From a virus (lineage: Duplodnaviria; Caudoviricetes): DNA of 60,921 nt. Position 1 is the stretch's first letter. Each line of letters begins with the position of its first letter. Positions 46,494-56,308 of this stretch are shown in pieces. Made by a program: the position numbers and the translations under genes. The notes under the pieces are model-generated. The model saw only the letters and a program-made list of their open reading frames with translations, searched no databases and was not told where the DNA came from. The stretch lies in IMG/VR virus record IMGVR_UViG_3300032303_001927, positions 1 through 60,921 of that record; one strand, written 5' to 3'.

Positions 46494-46700
46494 ATGCAAA
46501 ACGAAGACACTAAAGTTGGGGTTACTTTGGGATATACACTTAACCTTGGTAACTTTCAGTCATTAAGGATTGATCTTAATGTTATTGACTCTAAGCGTGA
46601 AGGTGAAAATACAAACGATGCTTTTGAGCGTGTTTATAAGTTTGTAGAAGATAAGTTAACTGAAAAGATTAACGAAGCAAAGTCTGAAATCGCAGAATAA
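46494..46700 (+). CDS. Hypothetical protein
   Basis: AAGGGG RBS before in-frame ATG 46494; GYTLNLGNFQSLRID motif. Confidence 0.7.
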   Translation: MQNEDTKVGVTLGYTLNLGNFQSLRIDLNVIDSKREGENTNDAFERVYKFVEDKLTEKINEAKSEIAE

Positions 46701-47008
46701 TGGCAGAACGCAAAGACCGAATGGCTTTGCTTTCAAGATACAGCAAGTATCATACTGCAAAGTATGAGCAAAAGCCATCATTAAACCTTAATGTAGAACA
46801 ATGGGCAGCAGATGCCCTTATTGAGTCATACGGGATTGGAAAATGTTATGATATTCTTGAGTACTATTTTACTGTTGCTCATTCTCCTTCTTGGAATTAC
46901 TTTTCGTACAATACAGAAAAAATATTACAGGCAAAATTAGACAAAGATCAAGATGATAAAGAAAGACAAGAACGCAGAAGAATGGCTAAGGAGTGGTTAA
47001 GTGAATAA
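46700..47008 (+). CDS. Hypothetical protein, possible helicase partner
   Basis: Coupled between neighbours and overlaps the dnaB start. Confidence 0.65.
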   Translation: MAERKDRMALLSRYSKYHTAKYEQKPSLNLNVEQWAADALIESYGIGKCYDILEYYFTVAHSPSWNYFSYNTEKILQAKLDKDQDDKERQERRRMAKEWLSE

Positions 47009-48221
47009 TACAGAGGCAAAACTAATTTCTGCAGTGCTAGAAGACAAGCAGGTACACGTTTTACTTCAAGCAAATGTTGATAACCTTCTTAGAACACATA
47101 ATGATGTTTGGAATTTTATAAGAAATTATTTTGAACACAACTCTGCCGTTCCTCCAATATCTTTAGTTGTGGAAAAATTTAGAGACTTTGAGCCAATATC
47201 TGGGATTGGTGCAACAAAACATCATTTAGAGGAATTACAAACAGAATATTTAAATGATAGCCTAAAGGATATTCTTCGTGGTGCAGCAAGCGATGTACAA
47301 CAAGGTGAAGGCAACAAGGCTTTAGATAATTTAATTACTCAAACATCAGAATTAAAAAAGAACACTTCTGCAATTCGTGATATTGATGTAACAGACTTAG
47401 AATCAGCAGTTGCATATTTTGAAAATGTTAAGGAACAGCAAGCACTTGGCAAAATTGGAATTAAAACAAATCTTCCAGGGTTTGATAATTATCTTCCAGC
47501 AGGAATTATGCCAGGGCAGTTAGGAGTCTTTTTAGCATACCCAGGTATAGGAAAGTCATGGATGGCTCTATACTTTGCTGTACAGGCCTGGAAGCAGGGC
47601 AAGACACCACTTGTAATATCACTTGAGATGTCAGAGACAGAAGTTCGTAATCGTGTATTTACAATTATGGGTGAAGGTCTTTGGTCACACAGAAAAATTT
47701 CTAATGGAGAAATTGAATTAGACATGCTTAAATCATGGCATGCTAAAAATCTTCAAGGAAAGCCAGAATTTCATATCATTTCAAATGATCAAGGTGGAGA
47801 GATTAATCCTTCTGTTCTTCGTGGAAAGATTGATCAATACAAACCAGACTTTGTAATCGTTGACTACCTTCAGTTGATGGCTCCTAATCAGAAGTCAGAT
47901 AATGAAACAGTAAGAATGAAGAACCTTTCACGAGAACTCAAACTCATGGCTATTGGTGAAGAGGTTCCTATTATTGCTATTTCATCCGCAACACCTGATG
48001 ATGTTAATGACCTATCAACTGTTCCCACACTTGGACAGACTGCTTGGTCTAGACAGATTGCCTATGATGCTGACTGGGTTATTGCTCTTGGTCGTGGTAC
48101 AAATAGTGATGTTATTGAGTGTGCTTTTAGAAAGAATCGTAATGGCTTTATGGGAGACTTTCTTGTTCAAGTTGACTTTGATAAGGGCTACTATAGGTAT
48201 AAAGATTTTGAAGATAAGTAG
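47001..48221 (+). CDS. dnaB: DnaB-like replicative helicase
   Basis: AYPGIGKS (Walker A), SLEMS, VIVDYLQLM, SRELKLMA, YDADWVI and RKNRNG. Confidence 0.93.
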   Translation: MNNTEAKLISAVLEDKQVHVLLQANVDNLLRTHNDVWNFIRNYFEHNSAVPPISLVVEKFRDFEPISGIGATKHHLEELQTEYLNDSLKDILRGAASDVQQGEGNKALDNLITQTSELKKNTSAIRDIDVTDLESAVAYFENVKEQQALGKIGIKTNLPGFDNYLPAGIMPGQLGVFLAYPGIGKSWMALYFAVQAWKQGKTPLVISLEMSETEVRNRVFTIMGEGLWSHRKISNGEIELDMLKSWHAKNLQGKPEFHIISNDQGGEINPSVLRGKIDQYKPDFVIVDYLQLMAPNQKSDNETVRMKNLSRELKLMAIGEEVPIIAISSATPDDVNDLSTVPTLGQTAWSRQIAYDADWVIALGRGTNSDVIECAFRKNRNGFMGDFLVQVDFDKGYYRYKDFEDK

Positions 48222-48233
48222 TTATAATATTAT

Positions 48234-48587
48234 GTGCCAGAAAACAAAAGAAACTACCCTCCAACTTTTTATCACCATAAGGCGATTAAAAAGTTTTCTC
48301 TTGATGGAATCATCCATGATGAGTCAGCAATTGGTAGGTTAAAAGATGAATATACTAGATTACTTACCTCAGAGATGCGCCTTTGTGGGTATGTGCCAAG
48401 GTTTGATCTTGATCCAGACTTTACAATAGACTATAATGAAAAAAAGAATTATTTTGAATTTGAAATATCACTACATGGAGTATACGCAGGGAAAAGGAAG
48501 AGTGAATGGATAGCAGGGATAGACGGAACAAAACCAATATATATACAAAAGAGCAAATCAAACGAGTTCTCTCAGGAGCAGGTATAG
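48234..48587 (+). CDS. Hypothetical protein
   Basis: Fills the gap between helicase and primase; TATAAT at 48223-48228 just upstream of the GTG. Confidence 0.6.
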   Translation: MPENKRNYPPTFYHHKAIKKFSLDGIIHDESAIGRLKDEYTRLLTSEMRLCGYVPRFDLDPDFTIDYNEKKNYFEFEISLHGVYAGKRKSEWIAGIDGTKPIYIQKSKSNEFSQEQV

Positions 48588-49450
48588 CAATTGAATCAGA
48601 AGTTGATTCAGACTATATTATATTTTGTCCTTTTCATTCAAATACAAGAACCCCTGCTGGAGAAGTAGACAAATCAACTGGTAAATTTTTTTGCTTTTCC
48701 TGTCAGCATGTAACAGATTTAATTGAACTAGTTATGCATTTTAGTGGCAGGACCTATTTTGAATCAATCAGATTTATTAAAAACAAAGAACAAGAAGGCA
48801 ATTTAGAACAAGATATAAATAAAGCACTTTACGCCAAGCCAGACTTCGTATTATTTGACGAGTTAATTTTAAAAAGATTATATAATAATTTGCTTTCATC
48901 AGACAGGGCAAAAAACTATTTTAACTATCGTAAAATAAATTCACTATCTTCTTCCAAGTTTTCATTGGGGTATTCAGAAAAGCAGGACATGGTTACAGTT
49001 CCAGTTCATAGCCCAGATGGAATGCCAGTTGGATTTGTTGGTAGATCTATTGAAGGTAAAGAGTTTAAAAATACTCCAGGTTTGCCTAAAGCCAAAACAC
49101 TTTTTAATTTGCATAGGGTAAAAACTGCAGACAGAGTTTATGTGGTAGAATCATCGTTTGATGCTATTAGATTAGATCAGGTTGGTTTCCCAGCAGTAGC
49201 AACATTGGGTGCAAATGTATCAAACACACAAATAGAATTGCTTCAAAAGTATTTCAATAATATTCTTGTTATTGCAGATAATGATGAGGCAGGAGGAAAT
49301 ATGAAAACTAAGATAGTTGAAAAACTAGGTTCTCGTGTATCCGTTATTAAACTAGATAAACAATATAAAGATATAGGCGATATGAATGATGAAGAAATAA
49401 AGAAGTTAGAGTTTCAGTTTGACAAATCCATACAGTCTATGCTAAACTAA
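48506..49450 (+). CDS. dnaG: DNA primase (CHC2 zinc finger and TOPRIM)
   Basis: CPFH...FFCFSC, GFVGRSI, VVESSFDA, ADNDEAG and KDIGD. Confidence 0.92.
   Translation: MDSRDRRNKTNIYTKEQIKRVLSGAGIAIESEVDSDYIIFCPFHSNTRTPAGEVDKSTGKFFCFSCQHVTDLIELVMHFSGRTYFESIRFIKNKEQEGNLEQDINKALYAKPDFVLFDELILKRLYNNLLSSDRAKNYFNYRKINSLSSSKFSLGYSEKQDMVTVPVHSPDGMPVGFVGRSIEGKEFKNTPGLPKAKTLFNLHRVKTADRVYVVESSFDAIRLDQVGFPAVATLGANVSNTQIELLQKYFNNILVIADNDEAGGNMKTKIVEKLGSRVSVIKLDKQYKDIGDMNDEEIKKLEFQFDKSIQSMLN
49419..49448 (+). promoter_or_regulatory. Full sigma70/HrdB-type promoter for ssb-dnaE
   Basis: TTGACA (49419-49424), 18-nt spacer, then TGC-TAAACT (49440-49448), at the 3' end of the primase gene. Confidence 0.7.
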
Positions 49451-49475
49451 TATAAACAACACAAAGGAGAAACAT

Positions 49476-50129
49476 ATGAGCGTAATTAAGGGATTAAAAG
49501 ATATCAACGCCTTGCTCGAAAAACCAAAGTATGAAGGAACAGGACAAAAAGTTCGTTGGGTTAAGTTGGCTGACGGACAATCAGGAAAGGTTCGTTTTGT
49601 TGAAGAACTAGACCAAGATTCAGCAAACTATTCAGAAGCCCGTGGCCTTTCTGTAGTAGTTTCAGAACACACAAATCCAAAGGATTACAAGCGTAAGGCT
49701 GCTTGTACACAAGAATCAGAGGGTCGTTGTTTTGGTTGCGAAATGGCACGTAAAGAGCCAAAGTCAGGCTGGAGAGCACGACTTCGTTTTTACTGCAATG
49801 TGCTAATTAATGATGGGCTTGAAGATCCATATATTGCTGTTTGGTCACAAGGAATTTCAAAGCAATCAGCATTTAATAATATTCGTGAGTATGCACTTGA
49901 TACAGGCAGCATCTCAAACCTTGAGTGGAAGTTGAAGCGTAATGGTCAGGGAACTGAAACCAACTACACACTTCTACCATCAAAGCCAGATGCAGAGCCA
50001 TTCAATTGGGATGGTTTTGAATTCTTCAACCTAGAAAAGGTTGTTCGTGAGGTTCCATATCCAGAGCAAGAAGCATTCTACTTTGGATTTGATACACCTT
50101 CTGTTACCAGCACCAACATCGACTGGTAG
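49476..50129 (+). CDS. Putative single-stranded DNA-binding protein (gp32-like, Zn-binding)
   Basis: Between primase and polymerase; EH...C......CFGC; KRNGQGTETNYTL; acidic/aromatic C-terminal tip; strong RBS. Confidence 0.7.
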   Translation: MSVIKGLKDINALLEKPKYEGTGQKVRWVKLADGQSGKVRFVEELDQDSANYSEARGLSVVVSEHTNPKDYKRKAACTQESEGRCFGCEMARKEPKSGWRARLRFYCNVLINDGLEDPYIAVWSQGISKQSAFNNIREYALDTGSISNLEWKLKRNGQGTETNYTLLPSKPDAEPFNWDGFEFFNLEKVVREVPYPEQEAFYFGFDTPSVTSTNIDW

Positions 50130-50132
50130 TAG

Positions 50133-53100
50133 ATGAACTACGTAGGCTTACACGTACATACCCACTACTCGTTATTTGACGGGATTGCTACTCCAGAAGA
50201 ATACATTGACCGTGCAGTTGAGTTAGGGATGCCAGCAATTGCCATCACTGATCATGGTACTTTATCTGGGCATAGGGAACTGCATCGTATTGCAAAAGCA
50301 AAGGGTATTAAGCCTATACTTGGCGTAGAAGGCTATATGTGTAAAGATAGATTTGATACTAGAGATAAGTCTGAAAGAGATGGAGATCTAGATTTAGTCT
50401 ATAACCATATAGTACTTCTCGCCAAGAACCAAATTGGTTTAGAGAATTTAAACAAGATTAGTGAGATATCTTGGACAGAAGGATATTTCAAGAAGCCAAG
50501 ATTTGACTTTGAAGTTCTTGAAAAGTACTCAGAAGGAATTATTGTTACATCTGCATGTCCAAGCAGTGTGCTTGTAAAAGCACTTGAGAATAATGAATTT
50601 GCTATAGCAAAAGATTACATTCAATGGTTTAAGCGTGTTTTTAATAATGACTATTATATTGAGGTCATGCCACATAATGAAGCAAATATAAATAAACAAT
50701 TAATTCAATTGGCAGATGAATTTGGTGTAAAGGTTGTTGTAACACCAGACTGTCACCATAGTTCAACAGATCAAAAAGAAATTCAAGAGTTTAAGTTGCT
50801 ACTCAATACACATGTTAAGATTGACAAAGATCATACTTTTGAAAAATCTAAAAAGCATCCAGACATGATGAAAAGACTTGACTATCTTTATGGTGAAGAC
50901 CGCCAAATAACATTTAACAAGTTTGACATTCATTTACTTTCTTATGAAGAGATGAAGAATGCTATGGAAGCACAAGGTATTGATCGCCCAGATATTTATG
51001 CAAATACTTTAGAGGTTGCTGAAAAAGTTGGCGACTATGGAATTCAAGAAGGACTAGACCTACTTCCAGTTCAATATAAAAATCCAGATAAAGAATTAAA
51101 GGAACTTGCTCTTGCTGGATTAACAGAAAGAGGAGTAAACTCTCAAGAATACCTTGATAGACTTGATGAAGAGTTAAAAGTGATTAAAGATAAAAAGTTT
51201 GCTCCATATTTTTTGGTTGTACGCAATATGATTGCTTGGGCAAAAAAAGAAGAGATCATGGTAGGTCCTGGTCGTGGATCTGCAGCAGGTTCATTGCTTT
51301 GCTATGCATTAAGAATTACAGATATTGATCCGATTAAGCATCGACTTTTATTTTTTCGTTTTATTAATCCAGACAGAAATGACTTTCCAGATATTGATAC
51401 AGATATTCAAGACTCTCGTCGTGAAGAAGTAAAAGATTATCTTGTTAGACAATATAGACATGTTGCATCTATTGCTACGTTTCTTTCATTTAAAGATAAG
51501 GGTGTAGTTAGGGATGTTGCACGAGTTTTAAATATTCCACTCACTGATGTTAATAAGGTTCTTAAACTTGTTGATACATGGGATGAATATTGCACATCAA
51601 AAACAACACGGGAATTCCGTGAGAAATATCCAGAGGTAGAGGTTTATGGAGAACAACTTCGTGGTCGTATTAGAGGTACTGGCATTCATGCTGCTGGTGT
51701 TGTCACTAGTAAAGATCCTATTTTTAGGTACGCACCAATGGAGACACGCTCTTCTACTGGTAGCGATGAGCGCATTCCTGTTGTTGCAGTGGACATGGAA
51801 GAAGCCGAAAAGATTGGTCTAATCAAAATTGATGCCTTGGGTCTGAAAACTCTATCAGTTTTGAAAGACACACTAGGAATTATTGAAGAGAGAGATGGTA
51901 AAAAAATTGACCTTCTCAAAATAGATATGGATGATAAGAATGTCTATCAAATGCTTTCAGATGGATACACAAAAGGTGTGTTCCAGTGTGAAGCAGCACC
52001 ATACACAAACTTGCTAATTAAAATGGGTGTAAAAAATCTTTCAGAACTTGCTGCTTCAAATGCTCTTGTGCGTCCAGGTGCTATGAATACAATTGGTAAA
52101 GATTATATTGAGCGCAAGCATGGTCGTCAAAATATTGGGTATACTCACCAAGTATTAAAAGAGTTTACGGAGGAAACATATGGTTGTATTCTTTACCAAG
52201 AACAAGTTATGCAAGCATGCGTATCGCTTGGCGGTATGTCCATGTCGGAAGCAGATAAAGTTAGAAAAATTATTGGAAAGAAAAAAGATGCTAAAGAGTT
52301 TGATCAGTTTAAGGAAAAGTTTGTAGAAGGTGCATCTAAGTTTGTTTCACCAAATATGGCTAGAGATCTATGGCATGACTTTGAGGCTCACGCAGGATAC
52401 TCATTCAACAAGTCACACGCTGTAGCATACTCAACACTCTCCTACTGGACAGCATGGTTAAAGTACCACTACCCACTAGAATTTATGTATTCCCTATTAA
52501 AGAATGAAAAGGACAAAGATGCAAGAACTGAATACCTTATTGAGGCAAAAAGAATGGGTATTAGCATTAAACTACCTCACATTAATGACTCAGATATTGA
52601 TTTTAAAATTGAGGGCAAGGGTATTAGATTTGGCCTTACTGCTATTAAGTACATCTCCGATAAAATTGCAGAGCGTTATATTTCTGCAAGGCCTTTCTCG
52701 TCGTATGCTCAACTTGAAGAGTTTACTTTTACTAAAGGAAATGGAGTTAACTCTCGTGCTCTTCAAGCATTACGAGTTATCGGTGCAGCGACATTTAATG
52801 ATAATACAAGAAATGATGAAGAGATTAAACAAAATCTATACGAATATTTAAATCTGCCAGAATTTAACATTACCGTTCCTTCTCACTATTATGGTTTTAT
52901 AACAGAGGCTCAAGATTATGAAGAAAAAGGTTCTTTAATTGTAATGGGTATGGTAAAATCTATTAAAAGAGCAAAGGGTTGGTCAAGAGTAGAACTATTA
53001 GATAAAACAGGAAGTGTGGGAATTTTTGATGAAGAACAAACAACTATTGAAGCAGGCATATCATATCTCATTCTTGTTAATGATAACAGGATTTTGTCTG

Positions 53101-53405
53101 CTATCCCTATTGATCAAATAAAAGGCTCAACCTCTGGTTTGGTTAAGTTTTTAAATTACAAGCAATTACCATATAAAGATAATGAAATGTTTGTTTTGTC
53201 ATTTAAGCCAAGAATTACAAAGGCTGGTAAAAAGATGGCATCTTTAACAGTTGCAGATACAGCAAGAGATCTTCATTCAATAACTGTATTTCCAACATCT
53301 TTTGCTAAAGCATATATGAAAATTGAAGAAGGAAATGCATATAATTTTAGTTTAGGAAAAACTAAAGACGGAACAGTAACATTGGAGGATGTACATGTCG
53401 GTTAG
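50133..53405 (+). CDS. dnaE: DNA polymerase III alpha subunit
   Basis: HVHTHYSLFDG PHP domain, GPGRGSAAGSL, PDIDTD, HAAGVV, KIDALGL and YSFNKSHAVAY. Confidence 0.97.
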   Translation: MNYVGLHVHTHYSLFDGIATPEEYIDRAVELGMPAIAITDHGTLSGHRELHRIAKAKGIKPILGVEGYMCKDRFDTRDKSERDGDLDLVYNHIVLLAKNQIGLENLNKISEISWTEGYFKKPRFDFEVLEKYSEGIIVTSACPSSVLVKALENNEFAIAKDYIQWFKRVFNNDYYIEVMPHNEANINKQLIQLADEFGVKVVVTPDCHHSSTDQKEIQEFKLLLNTHVKIDKDHTFEKSKKHPDMMKRLDYLYGEDRQITFNKFDIHLLSYEEMKNAMEAQGIDRPDIYANTLEVAEKVGDYGIQEGLDLLPVQYKNPDKELKELALAGLTERGVNSQEYLDRLDEELKVIKDKKFAPYFLVVRNMIAWAKKEEIMVGPGRGSAAGSLLCYALRITDIDPIKHRLLFFRFINPDRNDFPDIDTDIQDSRREEVKDYLVRQYRHVASIATFLSFKDKGVVRDVARVLNIPLTDVNKVLKLVDTWDEYCTSKTTREFREKYPEVEVYGEQLRGRIRGTGIHAAGVVTSKDPIFRYAPMETRSSTGSDERIPVVAVDMEEAEKIGLIKIDALGLKTLSVLKDTLGIIEERDGKKIDLLKIDMDDKNVYQMLSDGYTKGVFQCEAAPYTNLLIKMGVKNLSELAASNALVRPGAMNTIGKDYIERKHGRQNIGYTHQVLKEFTEETYGCILYQEQVMQACVSLGGMSMSEADKVRKIIGKKKDAKEFDQFKEKFVEGASKFVSPNMARDLWHDFEAHAGYSFNKSHAVAYSTLSYWTAWLKYHYPLEFMYSLLKNEKDKDARTEYLIEAKRMGISIKLPHINDSDIDFKIEGKGIRFGLTAIKYISDKIAERYISARPFSSYAQLEEFTFTKGNGVNSRALQALRVIGAATFNDNTRNDEEIKQNLYEYLNLPEFNITVPSHYYGFITEAQDYEEKGSLIVMGMVKSIKRAKGWSRVELLDKTGSVGIFDEEQTTIEAGISYLILVNDNRILSAIPIDQIKGSTSGLVKFLNYKQLPYKDNEMFVLSFKPRITKAGKKMASLTVADTARDLHSITVFPTSFAKAYMKIEEGNAYNFSLGKTKDGTVTLEDVHVG

Positions 53406-54405
53406 TATAGAAGAAGCATTAGCACAACTTGATCCTAAGTTAAGAAAAAGATTGGGCAGCGGAGTAGGAGTTAACTACGAGTATCAACCTACACCTAGTT
53501 TTGGTTTAAACCGTGCTCTGGGAGGAGGGCTTCCTTATGGTAGACAAGTCCTTATCTGGGGCTCAAAGTCTTCTGCAAAGTCTTCTATGTGCCTTCAGAT
53601 GATTGCTCTAGCACAAGCAGAAGGAAAGTTGTGTGCTTGGATTGACTCAGAAATGTCCTATTCAGAAGACTGGGCTAGAACACTTGGGGTAGATCCAGAA
53701 AAACTAATTTACTCACAAGCAAGAACTATTAGTGATATGGTAGATGTAGGCGTTGGACTAATGAACGCTGGAGTTGATTTAATTGTGGTAGACTCTATTA
53801 CATCAATGCTTCCTGCAATTTATTTTGAGAAGGACACAGATGAAATGAAGGCTTTGGAAAACACAAAGCAGATTGGAGCAGAATCCCGTGACTTTAGTAA
53901 CGCATGGAAAATGCTTAACTATGCAAACAATAAAGTTAAGCCAACTTTGCTTGTTCTTATTTCTCAGTCTCGTAACAATATCAATGCTATGTATACTAGC
54001 CAGCAGCCTTCTGGTGGTCAGGCTACTAAGTTTTATTCCTCATGTATTGTTAAACTCTTTTCTTCAGAGTCAGACAATCAAGCAATTAAGGGCAAAATCA
54101 AGGTAGGAGATAAATTAATTGAAGAAAAAATTGGTAGAACGATTAAGTGGGAACTCCAGTTCTCAAAAACCTCCCCAGGGTTTCAATCTGGCGAGTATGA
54201 TTTTTATTTTAGAGGTGATGATATTGGTCTTGACACCATCGGCGATCTTGTTACTACTGCTGAACTAAACGGTATTGTAGAACGCACAGGTGCTTGGTAC
54301 ATCCTTCCAGACGGCTCAAAAGTCCAGGGTAAAGAGGCATTCGTTAATCGTGTAAGAGAGGATCTTGACTTGCAAGAATCTATCAAGGCTAAACTAAATG
54401 CCTAG
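53395..54405 (+). CDS. recA: RecA/UvsX-like recombinase
   Basis: LNRALGGGLPYGR, variant Walker A GSKSSAKS, WIDSE, VVDSI and SGGQATKFYSS; GGAGG RBS favours ATG 53395. Confidence 0.92.
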   Translation: MSVSIEEALAQLDPKLRKRLGSGVGVNYEYQPTPSFGLNRALGGGLPYGRQVLIWGSKSSAKSSMCLQMIALAQAEGKLCAWIDSEMSYSEDWARTLGVDPEKLIYSQARTISDMVDVGVGLMNAGVDLIVVDSITSMLPAIYFEKDTDEMKALENTKQIGAESRDFSNAWKMLNYANNKVKPTLLVLISQSRNNINAMYTSQQPSGGQATKFYSSCIVKLFSSESDNQAIKGKIKVGDKLIEEKIGRTIKWELQFSKTSPGFQSGEYDFYFRGDDIGLDTIGDLVTTAELNGIVERTGAWYILPDGSKVQGKEAFVNRVREDLDLQESIKAKLNA

Positions 54406-54574
54406 TTATACAGTTTATCATGGAAAGTTTGTTTGTCATAAATGCAAAGTAGAAGTATCATCTTTAAGGTTATATGCTGAAACAAAAGAAATGACCTGGA
54501 TGTGTAAAGATAAACATTTAAGCAGGGTAAGTCTTGGCAAAAGAAAGAAGGCCGATTTTGACGGAGAAAAGTGA
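54398..54574 (+). CDS. 58-aa Zn-binding protein, absent from the ORF track
   Basis: MPSYTVYHGKFVCHKCKVEV...TWMCKDKHLSRV; CxxC...CxxxH; fills the gap after recA. Confidence 0.7.
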   Translation: MPSYTVYHGKFVCHKCKVEVSSLRLYAETKEMTWMCKDKHLSRVSLGKRKKADFDGEK

Positions 54575-54839
54575 GTCAAAAAGAATAGGTGCAAAACAGC
54601 ATAAAAATTCTGGTCGCAATACTCAAAAAGGAGATGCTTCTTGGAAGAACTTTGTTATAGACTTTAAAGAGGTTGGCAAGTCTTTTACTTTAAATAAAGA
54701 GGTTTGGGCTAAGGCTACAACCGATGCGATGAAGAATGGTAAAGATCCAGCAATTGTTGTAGTTATGGGCGATGGCAATTTTAAAATCAGACTTGCTATA
54801 ATTGAGATGAGCATATTGGAAGATTTAGTGGAGGAATAA
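54558..54839 (+). CDS. PD-(D/E)xK nuclease, Holliday-junction-resolvase-like
   Basis: E...SGR..KGDA....IDFKE pattern; TTG 54558 is the probable start within tracked ORF 54534..54839. Confidence 0.6.
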   Translation: MTEKSESKRIGAKQHKNSGRNTQKGDASWKNFVIDFKEVGKSFTLNKEVWAKATTDAMKNGKDPAIVVVMGDGNFKIRLAIIEMSILEDLVEE

Positions 54840-55144
54840 TGGAACAAGAAAAAACAACAATAGATATGGTAAATGGTCTTGCAGAAATAGCAGATTACAT
54901 GGAAGATGAAGAGTTAACTACGGCACTAACTTTTATTGCTAAGATAATCATTAAGCCAGATATTCCACTCAATGTTGCCACTGTTGAAATTGTTAGACTT
55001 CAGGCCATTGCAGCAAAGATGGCTTTTAAAGCAACTTGGATGGCAAATGTTGATAAGTCTGATCGTGGCAAAAAAAATCTTTATTATACTGCAGCAGAGT
55101 CAATTAATAACTTGGTCTCTGCACTTAAATACATAACACGCTGA
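54839..55144 (+). CDS. Hypothetical helical protein
   Basis: GGAGG RBS; coupled to the upstream gene. Confidence 0.7.
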   Translation: MEQEKTTIDMVNGLAEIADYMEDEELTTALTFIAKIIIKPDIPLNVATVEIVRLQAIAAKMAFKATWMANVDKSDRGKKNLYYTAAESINNLVSALKYITR

Positions 55145-55148
55145 TATC

Positions 55149-55157
55149 TGCTATAAT
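55149..55157 (+). promoter_or_regulatory. Extended -10 promoter (TGCTATAAT)
   Basis: Intergenic motif match. Confidence 0.65.
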
Positions 55158-55185
55158 TATAAGAATAGAAAAGAGTTTTAATATA

Positions 55186-56037
55186 ATGACAAAAAATTTA
55201 CTAAAGCAAGTTATGATTAGACCAGAAACAAATAATAAAGCGGAAGAGCCAACATTTACCGATGGACTTATTGAGGCAATTAGGAATGGCTATACAGTTA
55301 ATCTAAAGCCACGTTTTCAAAAGAAAACAACTTTTGCTCCATCTTCTTTGACATACGGAGCAGGAGAATGTGCTAGGTATTGGTACCTTGCATTTGAAGG
55401 TGGAATTTTCCATGATGATGCAGATGCTTTTGGTGTAGCAAATAGAACCAGTGGAACACTTAGCCATGACAGAATACAAGATGCTGTTATGAATGCTGGA
55501 CTTTTAGCAGAAGATATGGAATTTGATCCAGAACCAAGCAAGTACAAGAAGCAAATTCATCCAGCACTAGAGTTTAGAATCAAGCATGACGACCCACCAA
55601 TTTCAGGGTATGGCGATGTAATGCTTAATTATAATGGCCAAACCATTCTTGGTGAAATTAAAACCATGATGAATGAAGGCTTTGAATATAGAAAAGCAAG
55701 CAGGAAGCCGAAGACTGGCCACCTAATGCAATTAATTATGTATATGAAGATTCTCAAGAAAGATAAGGGAGCATTGATTTATGAAAATAAAAATAACCAT
55801 GACTTACTTATAATTCCTGTAGAAGTAAACGATCATTACCGTCGGTGGGTAGACCAGGCATTTGATTGGATGCGAACAGTTCGCAAGGCATGGGAAGATA
55901 AAACTTTGCCTCAAAAAACATATAGATCAAATTCAAAGATCTGTAAGGTTTGTCCATTACAAAAAACATGTGCCGAAGCAGGGACAGGGGATCTAAAAAT
56001 TAAACCTCTGGAGTTGCTGGAAGATGAAACATTGTAG
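55186..56037 (+). CDS. Cas4-like PD-(D/E)xK exonuclease with an Fe-S staple
   Basis: PSSL....CARYWY, GT..H, GYGD...GEIKT, QLIMYM and CKVCPLQKTC (1+3 Cys). Confidence 0.85.
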   Translation: MTKNLLKQVMIRPETNNKAEEPTFTDGLIEAIRNGYTVNLKPRFQKKTTFAPSSLTYGAGECARYWYLAFEGGIFHDDADAFGVANRTSGTLSHDRIQDAVMNAGLLAEDMEFDPEPSKYKKQIHPALEFRIKHDDPPISGYGDVMLNYNGQTILGEIKTMMNEGFEYRKASRKPKTGHLMQLIMYMKILKKDKGALIYENKNNHDLLIIPVEVNDHYRRWVDQAFDWMRTVRKAWEDKTLPQKTYRSNSKICKVCPLQKTCAEAGTGDLKIKPLELLEDETL

Positions 56038-56308
56038 TTGGTGTGATAAACATTTTAAAACAGATATTACCTATCAGATATATTGTTCTGCTGAATGTAG
56101 AGAGTCTGCAACAAAAGAAAAAATAGCACAACGATATATACTAACAAGAAGACAAAAAAGAAAAGGTAAAAATAGAATATGTAAATCTTGTGAAAAACTT
56201 TTATCTATATATAATGATGATTCATTATGTTCTACTTGTACGGTAAAGCCATCAGATGTTTCAAAAGCATTAAAAGAAATTAAAGGAAAAGCAAATGGTA
56301 AAAAATAA
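56024..56308 (+). CDS. Cys-rich zinc-finger protein
   Basis: CSWC...YCSAEC...CKSC...CSTC. Confidence 0.7.
   Translation: MKHCSWCDKHFKTDITYQIYCSAECRESATKEKIAQRYILTRRQKRKGKNRICKSCEKLLSIYNDDSLCSTCTVKPSDVSKALKEIKGKANGKK

Noticed and set aside
55186-56037. Cas4-like gene as evidence of a CRISPR-Cas system
   Set aside because: There is no array or other cas gene. Solo Cas4-like nucleases are common in phage recombination modules.
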